A DNA stretch of 64,000 nucleotides from an uncultured virus (IMG/VR IMGVR_UViG_3300022924_000206) (taxonomy: Duplodnaviria; Heunggongvirae; Uroviricota; Caudoviricetes), in IMG/VR virus record IMGVR_UViG_3300022924_000206; one strand, written 5' to 3'. The translations under genes and the position numbers were made by a program. The notes beneath the pieces were generated by a model. It ran no database searches and was not told the origin of the DNA. It was given only the letters and a program-made list of their open reading frames with translations. This document shows, in pieces, positions 28,084 through 37,911 of this stretch; positions within the stretch are counted from its first letter, which is position 1; each line of letters opens with the position of its first letter.

Positions 28084-30822
28084 ATGTCTAAAAAAATCGT
28101 CTCAATTCAGGTTATCAAGCCTGGTTCAAACCCCGATGTTGACTCCGACTTCAACACGAAAGCTCGCGAGCACGCGGTTAATCACGTAAAAGAGCTCCAC
28201 GGCGCAGGAAACGTAGCCTCCATCGGTACGTTCTCTACATTGGCCGCTAAAGGTTCGTTCAAGACCATGTGTACTCTTTACGAGATCCCTTTCGCTCAGG
28301 CTAACAAGATCTCCGACCTTATCCCCTCCGGTGGTGAAGGTGGAGATATTACAATCGCTGACATTTACGATACGCGAAGTGACTTCTATACGGCTTCAGC
28401 TGATTTCCGATCAGCCACCGCCGGTGAAGAGTGGGAAAAGATCATGGAGGGAGCGAAAGCTCTCGAGGGTAGGAACAAAACCACAGGAGTTCACCCTTGT
28501 GGAATCGTTATTTCTTCGCGTCCACTTTTAGACACTGTGCCTCTTCAAGTTCGACAAGATGACGGCCTTGTGGTGACTCAGTGGGGTTATGCTGAGCTCG
28601 AATCTCTCGGACTGATCAAGATGGACTTCCTCGGTTTGGATACCGTGGACCTCATTCAGCACACCATTGAGAACATCATGGTTTCTGGTAAAGTTGTCCC
28701 TAACATGCTTGACATAATCAATGGTTCTATGGATGACAAGAAAACCATTGATATGATCGCTCGCGGTGAGACGATTGGATTATTTCAACTCGCCGGTGAG
28801 GGCGTTCAAGATCTTCTAAAGCGAATCAAGCCTACTTCCGTTCACGACATTATTGCCACAACCGCTTTGTACCGCCCGGGTCCCATGGGTGTTCAATCTC
28901 ACATTCGCTACGCTGATCGAAAGAACGGTAAGGAAGAGGTTGACTTCATCCACGACGACTTCAAGGGTACTGCCATTGAGGAAATTCTAGGGTCAACTTA
29001 CGGTTTGGTTGTTTACCAAGAGCAGATCATTCGTATTGCTAACCAGATCGCCGGTATGACCCTCCAGGAGGGTGATGACCTCCGTAAAGCCATGGGTAAG
29101 AAGATCATGGCTAAGATGCTTGCGATGAAGCCAAAATTTATGGAAGGTGGAGCCGCTAAGGGCTATTCCAATGAAGCCATGGAGCTTCTCTGGAACACCT
29201 GTGAAGAGTTCGCTAAGTACGGATTCAACTTGGCTCACTCGGTAGCCTACGGTATCAACGCTTACCAGACAGCATATCTAAAAGCCAATTATCCGGTTGA
29301 GTTCATGGCAGCGCTTATCGCTCAGAACGTGGGAAACAAGAACAAAGTTCTTACCTTCCTCCAGGAGGCTCGCCGCATGGGACTCAAGGTTGGTTCTGTG
29401 AATGTGAACATTTCGCAGAGCCGAGTGACCCCGGACTTTACCCGCGCTTCAGGTTTCGACATCGTTTATGGTTTCGATGGGCTCAAGGGTGTCTCGAAAG
29501 ATATTGCTGAAATCATCATCACCGAACGAGACAAGAACGGTGAGTTCGTTTCAGTTCAAGACATGATTAACCGTTGCCTACCGAAGGGCGTAGCTAACCG
29601 TAGAGTTTACGAAGCCATCGCTAAGGCCGGCGGTTTCGATCTTTTCGGTGTCTCTAGAAAAGCAGTTGTGGAAAACCTAAATGGTCTTCTCTCTGCATCG
29701 AAGACTAAAGAGGCAAAGGGCGCTTCACTGTTCGACATTTTCGGTGAAGCAGATGTGATGGAATCATCCTCCATCGACCTCAAAGGTCAGGAGGAGTTTC
29801 CTCACGTTGTCAAGCTAAAGCTAGAGGCAGACATTGTGGGCCTTTACCTAACCGGGCATCCGCTAGAAAAAGCTGGCCCTGGTTTGTCAAAAGCTCGTAC
29901 GGCAACCATCGCCACCTTGGTGAAAGCTCAGCAGATGACTACGGCGACTCTGACCGTAGCTATTACGGAAATCATCAAGAAGCCCATGCGTAAAGGTGGA
30001 AAATCAGTGATGGTTACTCTCGATGACGGCACTGGTTACATTACGGCCAATGTCTCTAGAGAGCTAGTCAAGGGTATGGATAAATTCACCGCCCAGGAGC
30101 GCATTCGTAAGCTCTACATTGACGGGGAAACACAGATTCCCGAAGATATGGAAGAGATGGCTCTTTCCAGCGAATTCGTTGCTCTTCCGGATATTGAACA
30201 AAACTCTGTCTATGTGGTGAGCATAACTTTCCGTCCGTCAAGAGGAGAGTCACCTTACGGAGCTAGAGTCAACGGTATAGTCCCTCTAGCTCTAGCTGAT
30301 GATGGTTCACTTCCAATTCGTATGAGAATCCTCTACAACGATTCAACGGAGGAAAAAGCGAAAGAACTCGCTAATAAACTGCCTCGAGCTATCGCTAGTC
30401 GTAATCCTGGAGATTTCCCTATTTATCTCTCGTTGGCTCCAAAGAGTGGATCAAATGCTGCTGAAGATGAGTCAACTTATCGTGCAGCCATTGAGGAAAT
30501 TCGCTCAGCTGACAAAAAGAGTGACATCGCTGTAGCGGCAGCTGACAATACTAATCTCTGGGGTGGTGCAGATACCCGTAAGAAAAAGGTTACGGTGAGT
30601 ACCGAAGGAAAGCGAAGCTGGCCTCCGGTTACTCCTGCTAGGCCTAAGGGTCCTCGACCTGGAGTTCTACTCAATGAAGACGAAGTAATCAGAAATCTGA
30701 TCTATGTAGACACCGGTTACAGAGCGGCGAAGACAAAGAAGACAGAGCTTGATATTGAAAAATATCTTGGAGTAGAATCCTACGATTATGGAATATTTGA
30801 TTCAGCCGTTTTGGAGGACTAA
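28084..30822 (+). CDS. dnaE: DNA polymerase III alpha, C-terminal part
   Basis: PDVDSDF, HPCG, KMDFLGL, LYRPGP, YGFNLAHS. Confidence 0.93.
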   Translation: MSKKIVSIQVIKPGSNPDVDSDFNTKAREHAVNHVKELHGAGNVASIGTFSTLAAKGSFKTMCTLYEIPFAQANKISDLIPSGGEGGDITIADIYDTRSDFYTASADFRSATAGEEWEKIMEGAKALEGRNKTTGVHPCGIVISSRPLLDTVPLQVRQDDGLVVTQWGYAELESLGLIKMDFLGLDTVDLIQHTIENIMVSGKVVPNMLDIINGSMDDKKTIDMIARGETIGLFQLAGEGVQDLLKRIKPTSVHDIIATTALYRPGPMGVQSHIRYADRKNGKEEVDFIHDDFKGTAIEEILGSTYGLVVYQEQIIRIANQIAGMTLQEGDDLRKAMGKKIMAKMLAMKPKFMEGGAAKGYSNEAMELLWNTCEEFAKYGFNLAHSVAYGINAYQTAYLKANYPVEFMAALIAQNVGNKNKVLTFLQEARRMGLKVGSVNVNISQSRVTPDFTRASGFDIVYGFDGLKGVSKDIAEIIITERDKNGEFVSVQDMINRCLPKGVANRRVYEAIAKAGGFDLFGVSRKAVVENLNGLLSASKTKEAKGASLFDIFGEADVMESSSIDLKGQEEFPHVVKLKLEADIVGLYLTGHPLEKAGPGLSKARTATIATLVKAQQMTTATLTVAITEIIKKPMRKGGKSVMVTLDDGTGYITANVSRELVKGMDKFTAQERIRKLYIDGETQIPEDMEEMALSSEFVALPDIEQNSVYVVSITFRPSRGESPYGARVNGIVPLALADDGSLPIRMRILYNDSTEEKAKELANKLPRAIASRNPGDFPIYLSLAPKSGSNAAEDESTYRAAIEEIRSADKKSDIAVAAADNTNLWGGADTRKKKVTVSTEGKRSWPPVTPARPKGPRPGVLLNEDEVIRNLIYVDTGYRAAKTKKTELDIEKYLGVESYDYGIFDSAVLED

Positions 30823-32060
30823 TGGCTTTGCCCTCGAGGCCTCTTGGTGGCGAACCAAGTAAAGTTGCTCCCGTAGCACCTCCACTTGATTCCTCCGATG
30901 ATTTCGAGCTCCCAGATTTAGATTTTGGTGCTCCAGCGCCGGCACCTAAGGTCGAAGCTCCAAAACTTCCAGAACCGGATCTATCTTTTGATAATCTCTT
31001 CAATGAACCGACACCGCCGGTCGAAAGAGCATCAGTAGCGCAATTCACCGAAGGTTTCCAGGCACCCATCGGTCAGGGTGGGGAACTACCGGACGTTGAT
31101 TTTGATTCTATTTTCGATGAGCCGGAAGAATCTGAGACATCTAGTCCGCTAGGAGAAATGCCCACCAACGAATGGGATAACTTCGATGAGACTCCAGATG
31201 AACCAGCAACGGTAATTGAACCAGTTGAAGAGCCGAGTTTACCTGAAGAGGACTGGGATAATTTCGATGCTCTCTTCGATGAGCCGGAGGAGGAACTAGC
31301 TCCTTTAGAGGAATCGGAGCCTGAGCCACAGTTGCCCGAGCCTGCTTTCGATGATTTGTTCGAAGAAAAGACGGAAGAAAAAGCTGAGCCCAAGGGTGAA
31401 CCTAGCTGGGATGAAGACTTTGATAAATTCATGGAGGATGATTCCGATGAAAAAGAGGATGAACTCCCATCGGAGCTAGATGACGCTGACGAATATGTCT
31501 CCACTTTCGATGACGAAGAGGAACAGCAAAAGCCGCTTAAAAAGAACGGTGGTAAAAAGGGGAAAAATAACGGTCGAGGAATATTTGGTAAGTTCTCTCG
31601 CTCTTTGGTCAATGGACTAGGATCAATCCCGTTCATCGGAAAACTTTTTAGACCGTTAGCCGCAATCGCCGGAATATTCACCTTTATTCTATTCTTAATT
31701 CCTTTGATCGCTATACCATTCATCATTTATTCCATCGCCAGTGCCGCGGTTCCTAGTGAATCAACAGCCAGTGGTCCGGATGGAGCTGCTATTACCTTTA
31801 GTTCATTCTCCTATGCCAATGGAGAAGTAACTGGTAAACTAACAAACACCGGTGAAGTGATCGCTAACGTTATCCCTACATTCACCGTTTGGGATTACAA
31901 TCCATTCGGCGGCGGGAGTCTTTTCGCTTTTGACAAAATCACCACCTGTGAAGGTGAAGAGATAACTGCGGATATTGACGAAACTGTTACTGTGAATTTT
32001 GCCTGCGAGAGCAGTCCTAAAGGCGTTGCTACTAAAACTTCCGCTGAAGCCGCTTTTTGA
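30822..32060 (+). CDS. acidic Pro-rich membrane-anchored protein
   Basis: D/E/P/F-rich low-complexity N-terminus, TM segment. Confidence 0.8.
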   Translation: MALPSRPLGGEPSKVAPVAPPLDSSDDFELPDLDFGAPAPAPKVEAPKLPEPDLSFDNLFNEPTPPVERASVAQFTEGFQAPIGQGGELPDVDFDSIFDEPEESETSSPLGEMPTNEWDNFDETPDEPATVIEPVEEPSLPEEDWDNFDALFDEPEEELAPLEESEPEPQLPEPAFDDLFEEKTEEKAEPKGEPSWDEDFDKFMEDDSDEKEDELPSELDDADEYVSTFDDEEEQQKPLKKNGGKKGKNNGRGIFGKFSRSLVNGLGSIPFIGKLFRPLAAIAGIFTFILFLIPLIAIPFIIYSIASAAVPSESTASGPDGAAITFSSFSYANGEVTGKLTNTGEVIANVIPTFTVWDYNPFGGGSLFAFDKITTCEGEEITADIDETVTVNFACESSPKGVATKTSAEAAF

Positions 32061-32104
32061 TGCTTAAGTGATATTTTTCACAGGACTAATAAGAAAGAGA
32101 TACC

Positions 32105-32899
32105 ATGGCTACCCAAAAGATAACGATTGAGCCTCCCGCTAGAAATATTGATGGAGTCAAGCCAGAAATCGCAGCAAAAATCGCGCTCATGCTTCAAGAT
32201 GGACGTAGATATTTTGGTAGCTCCGGAGCCTCCCTTACTCATCAAGTTTTCAATCCCGAGTGGAGAGGTAAAGAGGGCATCAAGCCTGAGCTCGCTAAAA
32301 TCGGACTCGAGGCGGAACGCTCCACCACGAAGTTGATCCGTAAATGGATCGCTGACAAGCCGAATGCCGTACTCATCGACTCTGCCCATGTGAGAGGCTG
32401 GGGTAAAGAAGAGGTCGTTGACGAAGAACTGGGGCTCATCGACGGTGGCGATACTGACCACATTCTGGTGATCGGTTCCGAAGTTATACTCATTGATACT
32501 AAGCGCTGGAAGTCAAAAAGAAACTACACGGTGAGCGATGAAGGTAAAGTTCTAAGAACCGGGAAGCCTTTCCCCGGTGGAAATGTTCACATGCGTCAAG
32601 CCATTCATCTTTGGTTGGATTATCTCCACGAGGATGCTTCACTCACCGGTATCGTAATGATTAACGCGGAAGAGACCGTGGTTTTCCGTAACCGTAACTG
32701 GTATACTCAGCCTTATAGATTAGTGGAACTCGATAGATTCGAAGAGCTGCTCAATGAAAAATGGGATAAGTACATTGACGATTACGATAAGAGCTACATC
32801 AATAGCACTCTTATTGCTCAGATAGCTGTTTCGGCCGTGCGACCCTATGACGAGTTCAAACGAGTTATGTCAGAGGCCGCTCTAAAAAGCTTTAAGTAA
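32105..32899 (+). CDS. NERD-like PD-(D/E)xK nuclease
   Basis: GLEAE...DTDHILV...LIDTKRW. Confidence 0.75.
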   Translation: MATQKITIEPPARNIDGVKPEIAAKIALMLQDGRRYFGSSGASLTHQVFNPEWRGKEGIKPELAKIGLEAERSTTKLIRKWIADKPNAVLIDSAHVRGWGKEEVVDEELGLIDGGDTDHILVIGSEVILIDTKRWKSKRNYTVSDEGKVLRTGKPFPGGNVHMRQAIHLWLDYLHEDASLTGIVMINAEETVVFRNRNWYTQPYRLVELDRFEELLNEKWDKYIDDYDKSYINSTLIAQIAVSAVRPYDEFKRVMSEAALKSFK

Positions 32900-32900
32900 A

Positions 32901-33515
32901 TCAGAATTCAGATTTATCGTTAGCTCGCATGGCGTTTACTGCTCCATCCGGATCAGCCATTAGCTTTTTTATCTCTTTACGTAAGCCCTTTTCGTCGAGC
33001 CCGTAAATTCTCGGTCCACCGTAAAGTAGTCGAGAAGAACCGTACCAGGAGTTCTTTGGACTCCAGGATGAAAGCATCCAGGTTCCGCTGTAGCGGTTGC
33101 CTACGCTATCGTTGTATTCGACTGAAGCATTTAGATCCCCGAACTCATCGCCCTGTTTTTCCGGATCTTTATTCTTTATGGCGAAGCGAACTTTACCCTT
33201 ACCGGCAACTTTTGCTGGGAACCCCTCTGCTACAAGATCATCGGTGAGATTAGCGGCTCTTTCGTCAATGTCAACGTGGAGAAACATACGATTTTTGCTA
33301 TTGTCAATGTTCTTTTTGAAACCTTCGCCAAGAAATTCGAACTCCTCAGCATAGAATTCTTCAAGAGCGGCGACGGCCTCAGGTTTAGTCTCATAGTGGA
33401 ATTCATCGCCATTCTCTCCACCATAAGGACAAGTCCGTATAGTTGCGTTACAATAGCCAACATTCCCCGTGTGAATGTCTATGTGATACCGCTTAGTCTG
33501 TAGTCCTTTAGCCAT
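32901..33515 (-). CDS. HCCH-module family protein
   Basis: YHIDIHTG...CNA...CPYG...HY. Confidence 0.8.
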   Translation of the reverse strand: MAKGLQTKRYHIDIHTGNVGYCNATIRTCPYGGENGDEFHYETKPEAVAALEEFYAEEFEFLGEGFKKNIDNSKNRMFLHVDIDERAANLTDDLVAEGFPAKVAGKGKVRFAIKNKDPEKQGDEFGDLNASVEYNDSVGNRYSGTWMLSSWSPKNSWYGSSRLLYGGPRIYGLDEKGLRKEIKKLMADPDGAVNAMRANDKSEF

Positions 33516-33581
33516 GTACTTATTTTCTAATGAATAGAGTCCTTTATTTCAGCGGCGTTTAGAAAAATCATCGGAGGTTTT

Positions 33582-34967
33582 ATGTTTCACATCAATAATC
33601 AAGGTAACCCGGCGTCCTGCGTGGCACGCCCGGGAAACTGTCCCTACGGTGCGGACGCTCCACATTTTGAAACCGCCGAAGAGGCACGCTCGGCTTACGA
33701 GCTAACTCAAGCAGCGGATAAATCACTCACTAAGGCTATTCGCCACGAGATGACCATTTCTTCGGATGTGAAAAAGGTGTTAGATCGCCTTTACGCTGCT
33801 GGTCTAACTCCTTACATCATCGGTGGCTCGGTGCGAGATTCTATCTTCAGTCACGAAGTTCCGAAAGATATAGATATTGAAATTTTCGGGTTGAAAGACA
33901 TGGATGAATTGGAAGCGGTGCTAGAAAAGCATAACTACAACTTCGATGCCGTGGGTCGCTCTTTCGGTGTGTTAAAACTGAAGGTTGCCTCCGGTGAAGA
34001 CCTTGACCTGTCTCTTCCGAGAAGAGATTCTAAAGTTGGGGATGGGCACAAAGGCTTCGATGTGGTAGTTGATACTACTTTAAGTTTAGAGGATGCGGCA
34101 GGTCGTAGAGATTTCACCATAAATACTCTTTACTACAGCGCACGAGATAACCGCGTAAAAGACTTTTTCGGTGGTGTAGAAGATTGGGAAAAAGGTGAGC
34201 TTCGACACATTAATGAGAGCTTCGCGGATGATCCGTTGAGGGTAATTCGCGGTGTTCAATTCGCCGCAAGATTCAAAATGAAGCTAGCCCCAGAAACCGC
34301 CGAGCTAACTCGCTCCATGGTGAACGAAATACCAAATCTCTCCAACGAAAGAATTCAAACAGAGTTTGAAAAACTGTTCTCAAAAGGTGAAATGACCTAT
34401 GGAATAGCGGCTCTTCACGATTCAGGCTGGGCGCCTGGTTTAAGATTAGGAAATGTTGACCAGAAAGATGCCGTGGAGGCGGACGCAGCCATCAAGAGAG
34501 CAAAAGCTCTAAATGATGATCCTGGTGTCTTCGCCGCAGCAAAGCTAATGAGAAAAGTTTCAGGTAAAGAAAGACTCAAGTTAGCCGATTCGGTGCTAAC
34601 AGGCCTAAAGAGACAGCAAAAAGCTGGAAAAATCATTGATAAGGTTGCTCCGGCAGCTAAAGATGAGCTCTCTATTCGCCGTTGGGCTCGCGAGTTGGAT
34701 CGTGAAGGTTTATCCCCCAAGGATTACTACATTTTCAACGGAGATGAATCACTTAGGGTCGCTTCTGAAAAACATGGAGTGTTTGAATCAGGGGATAAGG
34801 ATCTAATTACTGGCGCTCTAGTGCTGGAGAAAAGTGGCGGCAAACCGGGCCCCTGGATTGGCAAACTAATTCGAGAGGCTAACAAAGCTCAAGATGATGG
34901 TATTTTTAAGTCGCAAGATGAAGCAAATAGTTGGCTTCAAAGAAAGCTTAGTTCCATCACTGAGTAG
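33582..34967 (+). CDS. cca: class II tRNA nucleotidyltransferase (CCA-adding) with N-terminal HCCH module
   Basis: GGSVRD, DIDIE, RRDFTIN, DDPLRVIR, ERI. Confidence 0.88.
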   Translation: MFHINNQGNPASCVARPGNCPYGADAPHFETAEEARSAYELTQAADKSLTKAIRHEMTISSDVKKVLDRLYAAGLTPYIIGGSVRDSIFSHEVPKDIDIEIFGLKDMDELEAVLEKHNYNFDAVGRSFGVLKLKVASGEDLDLSLPRRDSKVGDGHKGFDVVVDTTLSLEDAAGRRDFTINTLYYSARDNRVKDFFGGVEDWEKGELRHINESFADDPLRVIRGVQFAARFKMKLAPETAELTRSMVNEIPNLSNERIQTEFEKLFSKGEMTYGIAALHDSGWAPGLRLGNVDQKDAVEADAAIKRAKALNDDPGVFAAAKLMRKVSGKERLKLADSVLTGLKRQQKAGKIIDKVAPAAKDELSIRRWARELDREGLSPKDYYIFNGDESLRVASEKHGVFESGDKDLITGALVLEKSGGKPGPWIGKLIREANKAQDDGIFKSQDEANSWLQRKLSSITE

Positions 34968-35136
34968 CATCGTTTCAAAACCACGTGAGAGGTCACTGCT
35001 TGTGATCTAAGCGACTTTCATACCGAATACGATGAACGATCAATCGGCAAAACTTCTTAGCTAAGACTTGAAGCCATCATGGTATTCTGTCTACCAGTAG
35101 ACGACTGTTCAGCTGATTTTTCGGTAGGATAACGCA

Positions 35137-35547
35137 ATGAACATTTGGCATGTGACCGATGACGAAGTTGTAGAGGGTTGTTCCTCTGTCACTGGTGCTT
35201 GTAATCTTTTAGGTGCCGACAGACACTACACCTCCGAAATGGCTGCTATAGCCGCTGCCGGAGTCAGTAGTTCTAAATCTTCCAATGAGCTCACTAGTTT
35301 ATCTAGCTCTCAAATAAAAGATTTAGAAAAGATTAAGAACAATCTAAAGCAATTGTCTAACCCTGAGGTTTATTTCCATCCTCAAGGTAAGCTAATTGTA
35401 GTCAACACAACTAATCGTTCAGTCAGAGCTTATAAGGCTGGAGTTTCCATCGGAACCTCCGCGACCTTCGATAAGCTTAGGGCAGGACACGGAGCTTGGA
35501 AGAAATTAGCTACAGAAGAGCTAACTGATTTCATTTTCAGCAAATAA
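35137..35547 (+). CDS. HCCH-module family protein (divergent)
   Basis: WHV...C......C......HY. Confidence 0.65.
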   Translation: MNIWHVTDDEVVEGCSSVTGACNLLGADRHYTSEMAAIAAAGVSSSKSSNELTSLSSSQIKDLEKIKNNLKQLSNPEVYFHPQGKLIVVNTTNRSVRAYKAGVSIGTSATFDKLRAGHGAWKKLATEELTDFIFSK

Positions 35548-35603
35548 GTTCATCTGAACTTGATATAAAACTTAGTAGATTTCGCTAAAAGGACGGCACA
35601 TAA

Positions 35604-36596
35604 ATGAGTAGCATTGAACCGGATTTCGACTGGCGCTCAGTCGAGCTAGAGCCAGCAATTGACTGGAACAACGTAGTTGACCCTACGGATAAAGATGTCT
35701 GGGATAGGCTAGTTGCTAATTTCTGGCTTCCGGAGAAGGTTCCGCTCTCCAACGACATTCAGTCTTGGGCTACTTTCACCGATGAAGAAAAACTGGTGAC
35801 CGTTAGAGCCTTCATGGGACTCACTCTACTAGACACCATTCAGGGCCACGTGGGTGCAGATGCTCTAAAGCTCGATGCTGTTACTCCTCACGAGAAGGCT
35901 GTCTACGCCAACATCGGTTTCATGGAGGAGGTTCACGCTAAATCCTACAGCTCTATCTTCGCAACATTGATCTCCACCACCGAGAACAACGAAGCTTTCC
36001 GTTGGAGCCGTGAGAACGAGTTCCTAAAGAAAAAGGCAGCTATTGTTCTTCACTACTACCGCGGCGATGACCCCGATAAGAAGAAGATCGCTAGTACACT
36101 TCTAGAAAGTTTCTTATTCTACAGTGGATTCTTCGTTCCGTTCTGGTGGTCAAGCAAGGCGAAGCTCACCAACACGGCTGACCTTATCCGTCTCATCGTG
36201 CGAGACGAGGCAGTTCACGGTTATTACATCGGTTACAAGTTCCAACAGTCGTACAAGAAATCAACTCCAGAAAGACAAGACGAGCTCAAGGCATTCTTCG
36301 AGGAACTTTGGAAATTGCTCTACGATAACGAGCTTCGTTACACGGAATACCTCTACGACAGCATCGGTCTCACCGAGCATGTGAAGGCATTCCTCCGCTA
36401 CAACCTCAATAAGGCAGCTCAGAACCTAGGTTTCGATGCTCCGTTCGAAGGCGCTGAAAAAGAAGTTCCTGCTCAGATCATCGCTGCACTAAACCCCGCC
36501 GGTGAAGAAACACACGACTTCTTCTCGGGCTCCGGTTCCTCCTACGCCATCGCTACAGCTGAGGAAACCGAAGAAGAGGATTGGGATTGGGACTGA
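35604..36596 (+). CDS. nrdF: class Ib ribonucleotide reductase beta subunit
   Basis: NFWLPEKVPLSND, EEVHAKSY, RDEAVHG, HDFFSGSGSSY. Confidence 0.95.
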   Translation: MSSIEPDFDWRSVELEPAIDWNNVVDPTDKDVWDRLVANFWLPEKVPLSNDIQSWATFTDEEKLVTVRAFMGLTLLDTIQGHVGADALKLDAVTPHEKAVYANIGFMEEVHAKSYSSIFATLISTTENNEAFRWSRENEFLKKKAAIVLHYYRGDDPDKKKIASTLLESFLFYSGFFVPFWWSSKAKLTNTADLIRLIVRDEAVHGYYIGYKFQQSYKKSTPERQDELKAFFEELWKLLYDNELRYTEYLYDSIGLTEHVKAFLRYNLNKAAQNLGFDAPFEGAEKEVPAQIIAALNPAGEETHDFFSGSGSSYAIATAEETEEEDWDWD

Positions 36597-36606
36597 TTTA
36601 GCTCCC

Positions 36607-36651
36607 CTAGAAAACCCACGCATAAATTATCTTGCGTGGGTTTTCTAGTTT
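36607..36651. terminator. hairpin terminator
   Basis: CTAGAAAACCCACGC/GCGTGGGTTTTCTAG. Confidence 0.7.
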
Positions 36652-36703
36652 AAGTATAAGTCATCGTAGGTTTTGATAGAAAGTATCTCGTCAAGGAGAG
36701 ATT

Positions 36704-37039
36704 ATGAACAAGTTCCACATTAACCCCGAAACGGGAGAGCCCGGTAACTGTACAGCTAGTTCCGGCAATTGTCCTTTCGGCGGAGATGAAATCCACTTCA
36801 CTTCAAAAGAGGCGGCGAGAGCGGCCTATGAAATGATCGCTAGCTTTGAGAAGACTAAAGCTCTAGGTGCCTGGAAAAGAAAAGCTCGTCCAGTACAAAA
36901 TACTCTTCCTGACACCTATGTAGGGCACGGAGTTCCCATGGGCCACGGAACACCCATCCAAAGACCGACTCCACCGCCATCCGCCCCACGTCCAGTAACT
37001 CCAAATTACGGTCACGGTTCAAGCGGACATGGTCGCTGA
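36704..37039 (+). CDS. HCCH-module family protein, GHG/Pro-rich tail
   Basis: FHINPETG...CTA...CPFG...HF. Confidence 0.8.
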   Translation: MNKFHINPETGEPGNCTASSGNCPFGGDEIHFTSKEAARAAYEMIASFEKTKALGAWKRKARPVQNTLPDTYVGHGVPMGHGTPIQRPTPPPSAPRPVTPNYGHGSSGHGR

Positions 37040-37794
37040 TGGTTTTCAATTTAAAGCTTCAGAATAAAGAGTACTTCCAAATTGTATTGACCCACGCATG
37101 TAACCGAAGTTGCAAATTTTGCATAGATTACAGAGTAGGGGATGACGCTTGGTTGACCCAAGAATCCCTAGAAAGAGCTCTTGACTGGGCTAAAGCTGAA
37201 GGGGTCAAAGAGGTTCTTTATATTGGTGGTGAACCTACTCTACATCCTCAGTTTCGATTGTTCTGTGAACTAGCGAAAAATAGAGGATTCCATCTCATCG
37301 TTACTACAAACCTTCAGGACACTAAGCTTATAGAGGATAATTCTGATCTAGTGGACTCTTGGAATTTCTCCTACTACGGACAGAAAAACATTCCGTTGAT
37401 TCCGGGAGCTGACATAACTCTCTCCGGTTTGATTTACCAAAAAGGTTTTCTCTCCTCCAAGGAAAAATTAGATAACTTCATAGAGCGATTCGAAGGTGAT
37501 TACCACCTAAAGTTCTCCACTTTGACCATGATGAACGACTACACATGGAAATACGGAGATCCCGGTGATTGGATAGATGAATTACCAGGGGAGAAATTAG
37601 TCCTATTTGATTTCATCGCAGCCCAAACTTATAGAGGTCACATAATCAAACGCTATGACATTGAGGGCCCAGATCTACCTACTCTTGACTCGCATAAATG
37701 TTTAGTGGACGGCACAATCACTCGCTCATGGGAAAATGCGGTAAAGCCGACTGTTCCCGCTTTAGGTTCCGTCACTTTAGCTCAGCTCTCATGA
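37039..37794 (+). CDS. radical SAM protein
   Basis: CNRSCKFC, GGEPTLH, TTN. Confidence 0.9.
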   Translation: MVFNLKLQNKEYFQIVLTHACNRSCKFCIDYRVGDDAWLTQESLERALDWAKAEGVKEVLYIGGEPTLHPQFRLFCELAKNRGFHLIVTTNLQDTKLIEDNSDLVDSWNFSYYGQKNIPLIPGADITLSGLIYQKGFLSSKEKLDNFIERFEGDYHLKFSTLTMMNDYTWKYGDPGDWIDELPGEKLVLFDFIAAQTYRGHIIKRYDIEGPDLPTLDSHKCLVDGTITRSWENAVKPTVPALGSVTLAQLS

Positions 37795-37911
37795 AACTTC
37801 CCGTATAATTTTGGGTAAGATTTCCTTGTAAGAGATAAACAGCGTTGGGAATCATTTCCAACCAGCTCTCCAAAGTTTTAGCTACAGTTTAGTCGTTATC
37901 AAAGGATCCTT

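Noticed and set aside
26790..28130. Canonical trans-splicing split intein in DnaE
   Set aside because: No N-terminal Cys/Ser and no C-terminal Asn followed by Cys/Ser/Thr; kept only as a vestige hypothesis
31073..33503. Antisense or shadow ORFs over 30822-33515
   Set aside because: They mirror low-complexity or stronger genes on the other strand
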